Part shown: in pieces, positions 8,655 to 18,300 of the stretch
Layout: each line of letters begins with the position of its first letter
How positions within the stretch are numbered: the stretch's first letter is position 1
NCBI GenBank assembly: GCA_031416315.1
Contig: JANOTL010000211.1
Span: 1 to 43,593, forward strand
DNA: 43,593 nucleotides
DNA from: Pseudomonadota bacterium
GTDB lineage: Bacteria; Bdellovibrionota_B; Oligoflexia; Oligoflexales; CAIYRB01
Direction: 5' to 3'
Program-made: the position numbers and the translations under genes
The notes under the pieces: generated by a model
Database searches by the model: none
The model's input: only the letters and a program-made list of their open reading frames with translations
Told to the model about the DNA's origin: nothing

Positions 8655-9557
8655 TCAGTACCGCTCTTTGAGGCGAAAATCGTCGCCGGACAGGGTCGCG
8701 AATCGACACATCTCGGTGAGCCGCGAGTAGATGCGCCCGCCGATGCGCTCTTCCAGCGGCCCGAAGTTGCGCGGGTCGAACTGGCCGCGCGTCAGCTCTT
8801 GGTCCAGATAGTAGCGCTTCGAGCCGACCTGATAATTCGTCGAGGCGATGATGGTCTTGCTCTGGTTGTAGCGCCCCGAGATCAGCTGATCGAGCACGGT
8901 GAGCTCGAAGTCGTTGGCGCGCCCTTTGCCGAGCTCGTCGATCAAAAGCACGTCGACGTCGATCAAGGGCTGCAGCTGCTGGTGGTCGGCCTTGCCTTCG
9001 GAGAAGCCGGCTTTGAGCTCGCCCAGGAGCTGGAAGAAGTCGGTGAAGCGGACGCTGTGGCCGGCCTCCGCCATCGACTTCGCCAGAGCCGCGAGCACGT
9101 ATGTCTTGCCGACGCCAACCGGACCGGTGATCACGAGCCCCTGGCCCTTGATCGGCTTGAAGTCGGCCTGCCAGCGCTCGAGCTCCTTCAAGAAATCCTT
9201 GGCGTTGCCGGAGAAATTCTGGAAGCGCTCGAGGCTCGCCTCGGCGTAGCGCGCCGGGATGTGCGCCGCATTCACGAGGTTCGCGACCAAGACCGGTGAC
9301 GGCGTGCGGCAGGAGCGGGACGCATTGCCCTCGACGGCGATGCGCGCTTGGCCGAAGCACGCCGGACACTTCGTGACGCACTTGCACAGATCCGCGTGCG
9401 CGTGCGCGCCGCGCGCGACGATGGCGAGACCCGAGCCGCGACAGAGAGCGCAGCTCTTACCCAAGCCGCAGGCCAAAGCCTTCACCTGCGGCAGAGCCGA
9501 GGCGGGGCCGTCGGTGAGCGCCTTGCGGGCACGCGCGAGTTTTTGCGCCGGATCCAT
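8655..9557 (-). CDS. DnaC/DnaI/IstB-family AAA+ ATPase with N-terminal Cys-rich Zn-binding region
   Basis: CALC, CKC, CPAC Cys clusters; IPARY; Walker A GPVGVGKT; Walker B LLIDELG; STN sensor; RIYSRL and C-terminal GDDFR. Confidence 0.88.
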   Translation of the reverse strand: MDPAQKLARARKALTDGPASALPQVKALACGLGKSCALCRGSGLAIVARGAHAHADLCKCVTKCPACFGQARIAVEGNASRSCRTPSPVLVANLVNAAHIPARYAEASLERFQNFSGNAKDFLKELERWQADFKPIKGQGLVITGPVGVGKTYVLAALAKSMAEAGHSVRFTDFFQLLGELKAGFSEGKADHQQLQPLIDVDVLLIDELGKGRANDFELTVLDQLISGRYNQSKTIIASTNYQVGSKRYYLDQELTRGQFDPRNFGPLEERIGGRIYSRLTEMCRFATLSGDDFRLKERY

Positions 9558-9625
9558 GGCTCGGATCCTAGCCGGAATCGCCGGCCTGGCAAAGGCCGAC
9601 GGCGAAAGGCGAAAACCTCGAAGGC

Positions 9626-10102
9626 TTACGGCGCCTTGGCGTCACCCACAGGCTTCTTCTCGACCTTCTCGGCCGTCTCGGCTTTGTCGGCCTTCGGGTC
9701 GAGCCGCGCCAGCCGCTTCTTCAGCTGCTCGTTCTCGACGCTCAGCCGTGCGAACTCGACGTTGAGGTGCCGGAGGCTCGCCGACAGGTCCTTCACGAGG
9801 ACGGAGAACCAGTTCGGGACCGTCTTCAGGAGCTTCTCGCGCTGGGCTTCGTTGACGACGACTGCGTGCACCTCGGTGAGGCATTTCGCGGTGGCGCTGC
9901 GCGGCTCGCCTTCGAGGAAAGACATCGTGCCCAGGACGCTCTTGTCGGCGACCGTAGCCACGACCGCGGTCGCGCCGGTGGCCTCGTTTCGGACCTGGAC
10001 CTCGACCTTCCCCGACTTGATGAAAAAGAGCTCGCCGCCCTTCTCGCCTTGGCGGAAGAGCGTTTGGCCTTGGCCGAAGACCGTTTCCTTGGGCTCGCTC
10101 AT
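9626..10102 (-). CDS. Stand-alone cyclic-nucleotide-binding (Crp-type CNB) domain protein with coiled-coil tail
   Basis: LFRQGEKGGELFFIKSGKVEV...LGTMSFLEGEPRSATA; AAGGAG RBS. Confidence 0.88.
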   Translation of the reverse strand: MSEPKETVFGQGQTLFRQGEKGGELFFIKSGKVEVQVRNEATGATAVVATVADKSVLGTMSFLEGEPRSATAKCLTEVHAVVVNEAQREKLLKTVPNWFSVLVKDLSASLRHLNVEFARLSVENEQLKKRLARLDPKADKAETAEKVEKKPVGDAKAP

Positions 10103-10149
10103 TGGTGTCTCCTTTGCGACAATGATTCTACTATAAATCCCCGGTCGCG

Positions 10150-10584
10150 GTGGCGGAGGCTTCTCTTTTGAATCTGGACGTCGGCGGTAAGCTGCAAATC
10201 CCTCTCGACGAGTTCGACCTGAGCTTCGCGCGCAGCTCCGGCCCCGGCGGGCAAAACGTGAACAAGGTGAACAGCAAGGCCGTCCTCTACTGGACGGTCG
10301 GCGCCTCGCCGAGCCTGCCCGCCGGCGTGCGCGACCGCTTCCTCGCGAAGTTCGGCAAGCGCCTGACGACGGAGGGGGTGCTCGTCATCTCCGCCGACGA
10401 GCACCGGGACCAGCGGCGCAACGTCGAGGCCTGCATGGAGAAGGTGCGGCAGATGCTCCTAGAGGTGCTGATCCCGCCGAAGGTCAGACGGAAGACGAAG
10501 CCGACGCGCGGCTCGATCGAGCGGCGCATCGGCGAAAAGAAATCCCGCAGCGACAAGAAGCAGCGGCGCAAGGTGGACGACTGA
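10150..10584 (+). CDS. arfB: Alternative ribosome rescue peptidyl-tRNA hydrolase ArfB
   Basis: FARSSGPGGQNVNKVNSKA (GGQ motif), RDQRRN, basic tail RRKTKPTRGSIERR; TTG at 10168 after GGAGG may be the true start. Confidence 0.95.
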   Translation: MAEASLLNLDVGGKLQIPLDEFDLSFARSSGPGGQNVNKVNSKAVLYWTVGASPSLPAGVRDRFLAKFGKRLTTEGVLVISADEHRDQRRNVEACMEKVRQMLLEVLIPPKVRRKTKPTRGSIERRIGEKKSRSDKKQRRKVDD

Positions 10585-10585
10585 G

Positions 10586-10936
10586 ATGGCGGCAAAGTGC
10601 CTCCTCTTCGTCTACGGGCTCCTGAAGCCCGGGTTCTCGCCGCCGCGCTCCGTCTCGGCGCACTGGCCCGATCGCGTGCGCGGCCGTCTTTACGATCTCG
10701 GCCTCTTTCCTGCGGCGCTCGCGCTCGGCGTCGAGGCCGAGTCGTGGCTCGACGGCGTCGTCCTCGAGATCGACGCGGACGAGCTCACCGAGCTCGACCA
10801 CTTCGAGGACGTCGAGAGCGGCGAGTTCCGCCGCCTCGTCGTCACCACCGAGCAGGGCGACATCGCCTGGGCCTACGAATACGGGCGCGCCGTCCCCGAC
10901 GACGCGCCGCAAATCACGGCTTGGCGATCAAGTTGA
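10586..10936 (+). CDS. Gamma-glutamylcyclotransferase (GGCT/AIG2-like) family protein
   Basis: LFVYGLLKPG, GRLYDLGLFPA, LDHFED, AWAYEY; 1 bp after the arfB stop. Confidence 0.88.
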   Translation: MAAKCLLFVYGLLKPGFSPPRSVSAHWPDRVRGRLYDLGLFPAALALGVEAESWLDGVVLEIDADELTELDHFEDVESGEFRRLVVTTEQGDIAWAYEYGRAVPDDAPQITAWRSS

Positions 10937-12878
10937 CGTCGTCGACGATCAAGCTGCCGGAAGGCGCCTGATCGAAGATGAGTCGCACCGCGCGGACGCT
11001 CTCGAGAGGCATGTCGAAGTCCGCGAGCTCGATCCGCACCGTGTCGAAGAGGACCGGCAGGTACTGGATGATGTGGTTCGCGGCGTCGCCCTCAGTCCGC
11101 GTCCACGTCTTGCGGAAGTGCGCCGCGTGATGGGCGCGGAGCGCGACATATTCAGAGAGCTTGACGCGCGACGAGACGCTGCCGTCGACCGCAACCAGCT
11201 CCACCGACGCGTCGACCGCAGAGCCGTTGTCGCAGCTCCCGACGATGACAACGGCACACGGACCGCGCGCGGCGACGACCAAGTCCAAGGTCCAGTAAGG
11301 CGTCAGATCCGGCGCGGCAAGCTCGAGCTCCCAGGTGGGCGCGACGGCCGTGTCGTCCCAGGACAACACGACCGCATCTTCGTTGACGACGCCGTAGCGC
11401 GTGAAAGCGTGCGAGCTGGCGTCGCCGAGCGCATCGGGATTCGCGGCCAAGGCCGCCACGAAACCCTCGTAGGAGCCTTCGACCTCGTCGCGCAAGCTCA
11501 CGACGGCGAGGCCGCCGGCCGCCAAGGCGGGGTCTACCGCCGCGCGGAAGAGCGGCGTCGCGGCCCCACTCTTGCCGTAAGCGCGGCTCAAAGGGCCGTC
11601 CTCGGCGAAGAGCGCCGGCAGACGAAACTGCGGATCGAAGAGGGAGCCGAGCTCCGGCGTCCGCTCTTCGCCGACGTTGGCGCGGAAAAAGGCGAGCATC
11701 GACGCGGCGCCGATGCGGATCTGCGCCGGAGACCCCGTCACGCCCTCGCGCGCGCTCGCCGCGAGATACCCTAAGACGTCGGCAAGCTCGGGGCGCGTGT
11801 CGGCGAGGAGCGGCGCACCGACGTCCCACTGCGGCGTCTGGCCGGCGGCGCAGTTCTTGGCGTCCGAAACCTGCCATTGCGAGTTGAAATAGTTGTGATT
11901 GGCGCCCCAAGCGGTGAGCACCGATTTGGGATAGCCGTCCGCCACCTCGAGAACGGCGCGATGCCAAGGCTGGATGCCCTGGTAATCGACGACGTCGCCG
12001 TCGCATGCGGCGATCAAAACCGACCAAGCAACGTCGCGCGCGGTGAGCGGGCTTTCGGTCATCGGGCCGAAGTCGACGGGCGCGATCTCGAAGACGGCGC
12101 GGATCGCGAGCTCCGGCATCAGCGCGTGCCACGGCCCCTCGGCGGCCTCCCCACGGAACTCGAGCTGGGCCGAGCGCACGCCCTCGCCGCCGCGGGAATG
12201 ACCCATGAGACCGACCTGCGTCAGGTCGAGGCGCCCTTGCAAGTCGAGTCCCGGCAAGACCGAAACGCTGCCTTCGTCGTTCCAGCGGCGCAGCTCGGCG
12301 AGCGTGCGCAGGACGAGCTTGCCCCGTGCGCCGATCAGGTAGCGGTCGGGATAGTCGCTCGGGAGCGAGTAGCCCGTAATGCCGCGGTTGGCGTCGATCG
12401 AAACGACGGCGTAGCCATGACTCGCGAGAAGGCGTGCGGCCGTGTCGTAGCCTCGGTAGCTCGGCGCCGGAATCATCCCTTCCGGGCAGACGCCGGAGAT
12501 CGTATACGTGCTCTGGTTGTCGAGCCGCGGATCCTCGCCGCCGAGGACGGTGCCGCAGGTCGAGTGATTGCCGTGAAGAAAGACGAGGACCGGGTGCTCG
12601 CCGCCTTCGCTCGGCAGGTAGACGCGCCCCGCGAGCTGCGTTTTCACTTCGGGATTGGTCGGCGTCGAAGCGATGGGGACGAGGGGATCGAGGGACGGCG
12701 TCAGCGCATAGTCGCGCTCGACGATGCCGTGCGGACCTGGCTCGAGGAGGTCGAGGTCGACCAGGGACTCGTCGATCTCTTCGACCGTCGAGAGCACGGG
12801 CGCCGGAGCGCGGCCGCAGGCTTGGGCGAACGTGAGGGCCGTGAGGCAGCACGCGAGGCGGGCGAAGAGTCGGGCCAT
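10914..12878 (-). CDS. Secreted/lipoprotein alpha/beta-hydrolase with C-terminal beta-sandwich domain
   Basis: Lipobox AQAC; FLHGNH; nucleophile elbow GHSRGGEG; DGDV; ANHNYFN (putative Ser-Asp-His triad). Confidence 0.82.
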   Translation of the reverse strand: MARLFARLACCLTALTFAQACGRAPAPVLSTVEEIDESLVDLDLLEPGPHGIVERDYALTPSLDPLVPIASTPTNPEVKTQLAGRVYLPSEGGEHPVLVFLHGNHSTCGTVLGGEDPRLDNQSTYTISGVCPEGMIPAPSYRGYDTAARLLASHGYAVVSIDANRGITGYSLPSDYPDRYLIGARGKLVLRTLAELRRWNDEGSVSVLPGLDLQGRLDLTQVGLMGHSRGGEGVRSAQLEFRGEAAEGPWHALMPELAIRAVFEIAPVDFGPMTESPLTARDVAWSVLIAACDGDVVDYQGIQPWHRAVLEVADGYPKSVLTAWGANHNYFNSQWQVSDAKNCAAGQTPQWDVGAPLLADTRPELADVLGYLAASAREGVTGSPAQIRIGAASMLAFFRANVGEERTPELGSLFDPQFRLPALFAEDGPLSRAYGKSGAATPLFRAAVDPALAAGGLAVVSLRDEVEGSYEGFVAALAANPDALGDASSHAFTRYGVVNEDAVVLSWDDTAVAPTWELELAAPDLTPYWTLDLVVAARGPCAVVIVGSCDNGSAVDASVELVAVDGSVSSRVKLSEYVALRAHHAAHFRKTWTRTEGDAANHIIQYLPVLFDTVRIELADFDMPLESVRAVRLIFDQAPSGSLIVDDVNLIAKP

Positions 12879-12940
12879 GGGGTCTCCGGAACGCGGGTTG
12901 TGAGTGCCGCGTTTACGCTGCCGGAGCCGGCCTTGTCAAA

Positions 12941-14368
12941 TCAGCGCAGGGCCGTCAGAACGGCGTCGATGCTCTTCTTCGCGTCGCCGAACAGCATGAG
13001 CGTGTTCTGCTTGTAGAACAGCGGGTTGTCGACGCCCGAGTAGCCCGTCGCCATGCCGCGCTTCAAGACGATCGTCGTCTTCGCTTTCCAAGCCTCAAGC
13101 ACCGGCATGCCGTAGATCGGGCTCTGCGGATCGTCGAGCGCGCCAGGATTCACGATGTCGTTGGCGCCGATGATCAAGACGACGTCCGTCTGAGGGAAGT
13201 CGGCGTTGATCTCGTCCATCTCGAGGACGATGTCGTAGGGAACCTTGGCCTCGGCGAGGAGCACGTTCATGTGGCCCGGCAAGCGCCCGGCGACCGGATG
13301 GATGGCGAAGCGCACGTTGACGCCGTGGGCGCGCAGGATGCGCGTGATCTCGTAGACCGGGTGCTGCGCTTGGGCCACGGCCATGCCGTACCCAGGGACG
13401 ATGACGACTTCTTTCGACTCCTTCAGGAGGTCGGCCGTTTCCGCTGCCGTGGTCGCGACCGTCTCGAGCGGCGGCGCATCGGACGCCGGCGCCTTGGCCA
13501 CGGGCGCGGCGGCGTCGCCGCCGAAGCCGCCGAGGATCACGCTGACGAAGGAGCGGTTCATGGCGCGACACATGATGTAGGAGAGGATCGCGCCGCTGGA
13601 GCCGACGAGCGCGCCGGTGACGATCAGGAGGTCGTTGGCGAGCATGAAGCCGGTCGCGGCCGCCGCCCAGCCCGAGTAGCTGTTGAGCATCGAGACGACG
13701 ACCGGCATGTCGGCGCCGCCGATGGCCATGACCAGGTGCCAGCCGAGAAAGAGGGCGAGGCCGGTCATGATGACGAGCGCCAGCGTGCCGCCGCCCGGCG
13801 AGGCCGCGACGAAGACGACGCCAAGGACGAGGGACGCGGCGAGGATGCCGAGGTTCAACTTGTGGCGGTTCGGCAGGAGGAGCGGCTTCGAGCGGATCAG
13901 CTCCTGAAGCTTGCCGAAAGCGACGATCGAGCCGGTGAAGGTGACGGCGCCGATGAAGATGCCAAGGTAGACCTCGATCGCGTGGATCGAGGTGAGCGCG
14001 TTGTTCGCGGGCACAACGATCCTGGCGGCGGGGTCGTACGCCAAGTGATTCGAGAAGCCGACGAGCGCCGCGGCGAGGCCGACGAAGCTGTGCAGGACCG
14101 CGACGAGCTGCGGCATCGAGGTCATCGCCACGCGGGACGCGAGGACGGCGCCGATGGCGCCGCCGATCGCCAGCGCGCCCGCCAGGGCGCCGAGGCCCCT
14201 TGCGCCGCTCGAGACGGCGTAGACCAAGGTCGCGAAGATGGCGACGCCGAAGCCGAGCATGCCGTAGAAGTTGCCGCGGCGCGCGGTCTCGTGGCGGGCA
14301 AGGCCGCCCAAGCTGAGGATGAACAGCACGCCGGAGAAAATGTAGGAAGCCGAGAGCAAGCCTTGCAT
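12941..14368 (-). CDS. pntB: NAD(P) transhydrogenase subunit beta
   Basis: [73 protein letters not shown]; start ATG 14368. Confidence 0.97.
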   Translation of the reverse strand: MQGLLSASYIFSGVLFILSLGGLARHETARRGNFYGMLGFGVAIFATLVYAVSSGARGLGALAGALAIGGAIGAVLASRVAMTSMPQLVAVLHSFVGLAAALVGFSNHLAYDPAARIVVPANNALTSIHAIEVYLGIFIGAVTFTGSIVAFGKLQELIRSKPLLLPNRHKLNLGILAASLVLGVVFVAASPGGGTLALVIMTGLALFLGWHLVMAIGGADMPVVVSMLNSYSGWAAAATGFMLANDLLIVTGALVGSSGAILSYIMCRAMNRSFVSVILGGFGGDAAAPVAKAPASDAPPLETVATTAAETADLLKESKEVVIVPGYGMAVAQAQHPVYEITRILRAHGVNVRFAIHPVAGRLPGHMNVLLAEAKVPYDIVLEMDEINADFPQTDVVLIIGANDIVNPGALDDPQSPIYGMPVLEAWKAKTTIVLKRGMATGYSGVDNPLFYKQNTLMLFGDAKKSIDAVLTALR

Positions 14369-14370
14369 CG

Positions 14371-15978
14371 TTATTTCCTGAACATGCTGAGCATGCGTTG
14401 GGTCACCAAAAAGCCGCCGGCGACGTTGATGGCGGCGAGCGCCGCTGCCGCGACGGCGAGGTAAAGTGAAAGCGACGAGGTCTCGCCGGCGCCGGCGCCG
14501 ACCTGCAGGATCGCGCCGAGGACGATGATGCCGCTGATCGCGTTGGTGACGCTCATGAGCGGCGTATGCAGGGCCGGCGTCACGTTCCAGACCACCTGCC
14601 AGCCGATGAAGCAGGCCAGGACAAAGACGGTGAGGTGCGAGGTGAACTCCGGCGGCGCGACGAGACCCAAGCCCCAGAGCATGGCGCCGAGGCCCGCGAG
14701 CACGCCAAAGGCCTTCTTCGCGGACATCGGCTCCATCGCGCCGTGCGCGTGACCGGCGGCTTTGGCGTGCGCTTTGGCGAGCGGCGCGACTTTGTCCGAG
14801 GGTGGCGTGACGACGGCGAGGACTTTGGCAGCGGTCGTGAGCGTCGGCCGCGGGGCTGGCCAAGACAGGGTGCCGGCGTCGAGAACCAGGGCACCGCGGA
14901 CGATCTCGTCCTCTTTGTCGACCTTGTAGCTGCCGCCCTTGCACATGTCGCTGAGGAGGTTGACGAGGTTATTGCCGTAGAGCTGGCTCGACTGGCCCGC
15001 GAGGCGGCTGGGAAGATCCGTGTAGCCGATGATGGTGACGCCCTCGCGCCGCACGACCTCGCCCGGAACCGTGAGCTCGCAGTTGCCGCCGGCTTCGGCG
15101 GCCATGTCGACGATGACCGAGCCCTGGCGCATCGACCGCACCATCTCGGCGGTGATCAAAGTCGGCGCCTTCTTGCCCGGGATGAGGGCGGTGGTGACGA
15201 TGATGTCGACTTCCTTCGCTTCTTTCGCGAAGAGCTCCATCTCGGCCTTGATGAAGGCCTCGCTCATCACCTTGGCGTAGCCACCCTCGCCGGTGCCGGA
15301 CTCTTGGAAGTCGAGCTCGAGGAAGTCGGCGCCCATGCTCTGCACCTGGTCCTTCACCTCCGGGCGCGTGTCGAAAGCGCGGACGATGGCGCCCAAGCCC
15401 TTCGCCGTGCCGATGGCGGCCAGCCCGGCGACGCCGGCGCCGATGACGAGGACCTTGGCGGGGGGCACCTTGCCCGCGGCCGTCACCTGACCGGTGAAGA
15501 GGCGGCCGAAGCGGCTTGCCGCCTCGATGATGGCGCGGTAGCCGGCGAGGTTCGCCATCGAGCTGAGGACGTCCATCTTCTGCGCGCGCGAAATGCGCGG
15601 CACACAGTCGAGCGCGAGGACGGTGACGTGACGCTCACCCAGGCGCCTCAGGAGATCTTGATTGCGCGCCGGCCAGACGAGACTGACGACGTGCGCATGC
15701 TCGCGGATCAGGTCCGCCTCGTGGGCGCCGATCTCCGCGTTGTTCTCCGGCGGCTGCACTTTCATCACGAGCTCGGCGTCGCCGTAGAGCGTGCGCGCAT
15801 CGGGCGCGATCTTCGCGCCCGCGGCCGCGTAAGCTTCGTCGGAGTAGTCGGCGCGAGCGCCGGCGCCGGCCTCGACGGTGAGCTGGAAGCCCAGCTTGAT
15901 CAGCTTCTTAACGGTATCGGGCGTCGCCGCGACGCGGTTCTCGCCTGGATGGATTTCTTTGGGGATGCCGATACGCAC
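14371..15978 (-). CDS. pntA: NAD(P) transhydrogenase subunit alpha (single-chain, E. coli-type)
   Basis: [61 protein letters not shown]. Confidence 0.97.
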   Translation of the reverse strand: MRIGIPKEIHPGENRVAATPDTVKKLIKLGFQLTVEAGAGARADYSDEAYAAAGAKIAPDARTLYGDAELVMKVQPPENNAEIGAHEADLIREHAHVVSLVWPARNQDLLRRLGERHVTVLALDCVPRISRAQKMDVLSSMANLAGYRAIIEAASRFGRLFTGQVTAAGKVPPAKVLVIGAGVAGLAAIGTAKGLGAIVRAFDTRPEVKDQVQSMGADFLELDFQESGTGEGGYAKVMSEAFIKAEMELFAKEAKEVDIIVTTALIPGKKAPTLITAEMVRSMRQGSVIVDMAAEAGGNCELTVPGEVVRREGVTIIGYTDLPSRLAGQSSQLYGNNLVNLLSDMCKGGSYKVDKEDEIVRGALVLDAGTLSWPAPRPTLTTAAKVLAVVTPPSDKVAPLAKAHAKAAGHAHGAMEPMSAKKAFGVLAGLGAMLWGLGLVAPPEFTSHLTVFVLACFIGWQVVWNVTPALHTPLMSVTNAISGIIVLGAILQVGAGAGETSSLSLYLAVAAAALAAINVAGGFLVTQRMLSMFRK

Positions 15979-16052
15979 GAAGCAAGGACCTCGAAGCTTT
16001 GGTAGGAAGCCAAGCTTTGGTCCATATCAGATGGTCGCGGCACAACCAAGGC

Positions 16053-16889
16053 TCAGTCGCAGTCGACTTCCAACTGGCTGATTCTTCGGTAGTATTCGTC
16101 CAATTGCAGGGTCTTCGTGCCGCAACGGCAGGCGAGCTTGTCGGTCGAAAGGCTGGCGCCGCTGATGCCGGCCATGCAGATGCGTTGCAGGCGGCCGAGG
16201 TCGCTGTCGGCGGCGGCGAGGTCGCTCGACGTCGGGGTCGACGTGCCGTCGCGAGACATGCAGTCCGTCTCGAAGCTCGAAACGGTTCTAGAGGTGTAGT
16301 CGGCGTACTCGAGGTCTCGCGTCTTGCCGTTGAGGCAAGTACAGGCCTGGCGATTGCGTTCCTTCTCATAGCGCGCGTAGTAGCTGGACTCGCCGTCGAT
16401 GCGCTTCGACGAAAGGCGCTCACAGGAGCGAGTCAGCTCCTCGCGCTTTCTCTCGGCCTCGCCCGTGGCAGCGATGGCGTCTTTGCAGAGGGTCTCGTAG
16501 CGTGTGCCGTCGAGACGGACGGCGTTGGCATAGCAGAGCTGATTGCCCTCGGTCGTTGCCAGGACGTCGAAGGCGATGCCGGCATCGCCGACTTGCAAGA
16601 CCATCCACCGCTTCTCGGACAAAGCCGAGGCGAACACCGGGCCGTCGGCGGGGCCGTTGACCTGGAGCTCGAGGCCCTTGAACCAGTTCGTTTGCAGCTC
16701 GGCGCCGCTGCCGGCCGAGTCGACGTAGAGCATGCCATTGACGTCGAGGATGGCCGACATGCTCCAGGCCGCGGCGGTGCCGCCCGCCTCGAGCGTTTGG
16801 CTGATGCTCGGGCTCGGCTTGCACGCTGCGGGCGCGGCCGCGAGGACAATGGCGAACGTGAGACGGCTGAGGAGACTCGAGTTGCTCAT
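16053..16889 (-). CDS. Cys-rich hypothetical lipoprotein
   Basis: Lipobox PAAC; GAGGA RBS; two CxC motifs with similar context (ACTCLNGKTRDL / ACRCGTKTLQL); ends LEVDCD. Confidence 0.75.
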   Translation of the reverse strand: MSNSSLLSRLTFAIVLAAAPAACKPSPSISQTLEAGGTAAAWSMSAILDVNGMLYVDSAGSGAELQTNWFKGLELQVNGPADGPVFASALSEKRWMVLQVGDAGIAFDVLATTEGNQLCYANAVRLDGTRYETLCKDAIAATGEAERKREELTRSCERLSSKRIDGESSYYARYEKERNRQACTCLNGKTRDLEYADYTSRTVSSFETDCMSRDGTSTPTSSDLAAADSDLGRLQRICMAGISGASLSTDKLACRCGTKTLQLDEYYRRISQLEVDCD

Positions 16890-16901
16890 GGGGGTTCCTC
16901 C

Positions 16902-17840
16902 TCAATCGCAGTCCGGGCGGTGGCTCGACTCGGAGAACCCGACGTCGGCCACGACCCGGCAGCGCTTGCCGTTGAAGAGGAAGCGCAGCGTGATCGGCAC
17001 GGTCAGCTCGCGCGCACGGATGTCGCCGTTGTTCATCTGCTCAGCGCGTGTCGAAAAGCGCGACTCCGGGTACTCGAAGCGCATCTCCGAGACCTTGTCT
17101 TTGTGGGAGAGAGCGGCGTAGGCGACGAAGCGTCCGAGCCGGACGCCGCCTTTCAGCTTCACCATCGGCGCGCCGTCGACGGAGTTGGCGGGCGCATTGC
17201 TGAAGGTCACGGCCTGACCGGCGAGCTCGGCGGTCGAGCCGGTGATGCCGGTCGCACCTGAGGTGCCGCTCGGGCCGGTCGTGCCGGAGGGACCGGTCGG
17301 TGAGGTCGGCGAAGTCGGCGAAGTCGGCGAGGTCGGCGAGGTCGGTGAGGTCGGTGAGGTCGGTGAGGTCGGCGAGGTCGGCGAGGTCGGCGAGCTCGGG
17401 CCCGGCGAGGAGGGACCGCTGGGATTCGATGGTTTGTTGCCGGACGGGCTGGTACCGGGCGAAGCGCCTGGGCTTGAGCCGGGCGACGAGCCCGGACCGC
17501 TGCTTCCCGGTCCAGTGCTCTCCGGACCGGTGGGACTGGAGGTTCCTGGGGAGCTCGACGGACCGCCGGGATTGGCCTGCTCTGGCGGGGGCGGCGCGCT
17601 CGGGCCACCTGGATTGTAGCTCGAGGACGGGCCGCTCGGGCTCGTCGGCCCGGCGGTGGGGCCCAGGGGCTTCGGCGCGCACTTGCCCGCCGTCATGACC
17701 TGACCCGCGGAGCACACGGGCGGCGCGACGACGGCGCTCTTCTTACGGCCGCCGCACGACGCGGCCAAGAGCGCGATCTGCACAAGGCAGACCACACGAA
17801 GGAGGCGGCGCGCAGCATGAGGCCTAGGGGTCGGCGTCAT
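16902..17840 (-). CDS. Lipoprotein with long Pro/Ser/Thr/Gly linker and C-terminal beta domain
   Basis: Lipobox AASC; small Cys pair CSAGQVMTAGKC; (SPT)11 tract; ends HRPDCD; start ATG 17840 inferred. Confidence 0.75.
   Translation of the reverse strand: MTPTPRPHAARRLLRVVCLVQIALLAASCGGRKKSAVVAPPVCSAGQVMTAGKCAPKPLGPTAGPTSPSGPSSSYNPGGPSAPPPPEQANPGGPSSSPGTSSPTGPESTGPGSSGPGSSPGSSPGASPGTSPSGNKPSNPSGPSSPGPSSPTSPTSPTSPTSPTSPTSPTSPTSPTSPTSPTGPSGTTGPSGTSGATGITGSTAELAGQAVTFSNAPANSVDGAPMVKLKGGVRLGRFVAYAALSHKDKVSEMRFEYPESRFSTRAEQMNNGDIRARELTVPITLRFLFNGKRCRVVADVGFSESSHRPDCD
17295..17393 (-). repeat. 9-bp tandem repeat x11 encoding (Ser-Pro-Thr)n
   Basis: Plus-strand unit RGTCGGYGA repeated 11 times. Confidence 0.95.
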
Positions 17841-17907
17841 AGGGTTTCGAATCTCGCAGAGGGTTTTGAGGCTTTTCGGCAGATCGGGAAATCCCTTGAG
17901 CTGGAAC

Positions 17908-18297
17908 CTACATTTCGCCAATGTTCTTGGACACCTTGACGTCGTCCTTGGTGCCAAAGGTCTTGTCCGGGCCGGCCGAGATCACGGTGATCACCGGATC
18001 GTCGTTGGCGTAGCGGAGACTCGTCCCCCAAGAGTCGCGCGATGCGTCCTCTTTGGCGTTGGCTCGGCTGCGCACGCGCTTCTTCACGAAGACGCGGAAT
18101 TCCGCCTGCGTCGCTGGGAGCTCGCCACCCGAGATCGACTCCATCACGAGCGCCTCGGCGACGATGTTGATCCTTTGCTTCACGACGACCTTGTCGCGCG
18201 CCCCGAGCGCGCCGCCGGCCCGCTGCTTCAACGCCGGGCCGGCGTGGAACAGGATGGCGCCGAGGACGACGATCGGAATGAGGCGGCTGACGCGCAT
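17908..18297 (-). CDS. Small membrane-anchored protein with a GspG-type (T2SS-G) C-terminal domain
   Basis: DSWGTSLRY...ITVISAGPDKTFGTKDDV matches the DPWG..Y...SAGPDG..GT.DD pseudopilin motif; N-terminal hydrophobic segment lacks the G|FTLIE prepilin site. Confidence 0.75.
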   Translation of the reverse strand: MRVSRLIPIVVLGAILFHAGPALKQRAGGALGARDKVVVKQRINIVAEALVMESISGGELPATQAEFRVFVKKRVRSRANAKEDASRDSWGTSLRYANDDPVITVISAGPDKTFGTKDDVKVSKNIGEM

Positions 18298-18300
18298 CGC

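Noticed and set aside
8655..9557. IS21 element (IstB) or prophage replication module
   Set aside because: No IstA/DDE transposase, terminal inverted repeats, integrase or phage genes nearby; composition matches the flanks.
12941..14944. 667-aa N-terminally extended PntB or pntA-pntB frameshift fusion
   Set aside because: The extension is an off-frame reading of pntA; pntA has its own stop at 14371 and PntB homology begins at ATG 14368.
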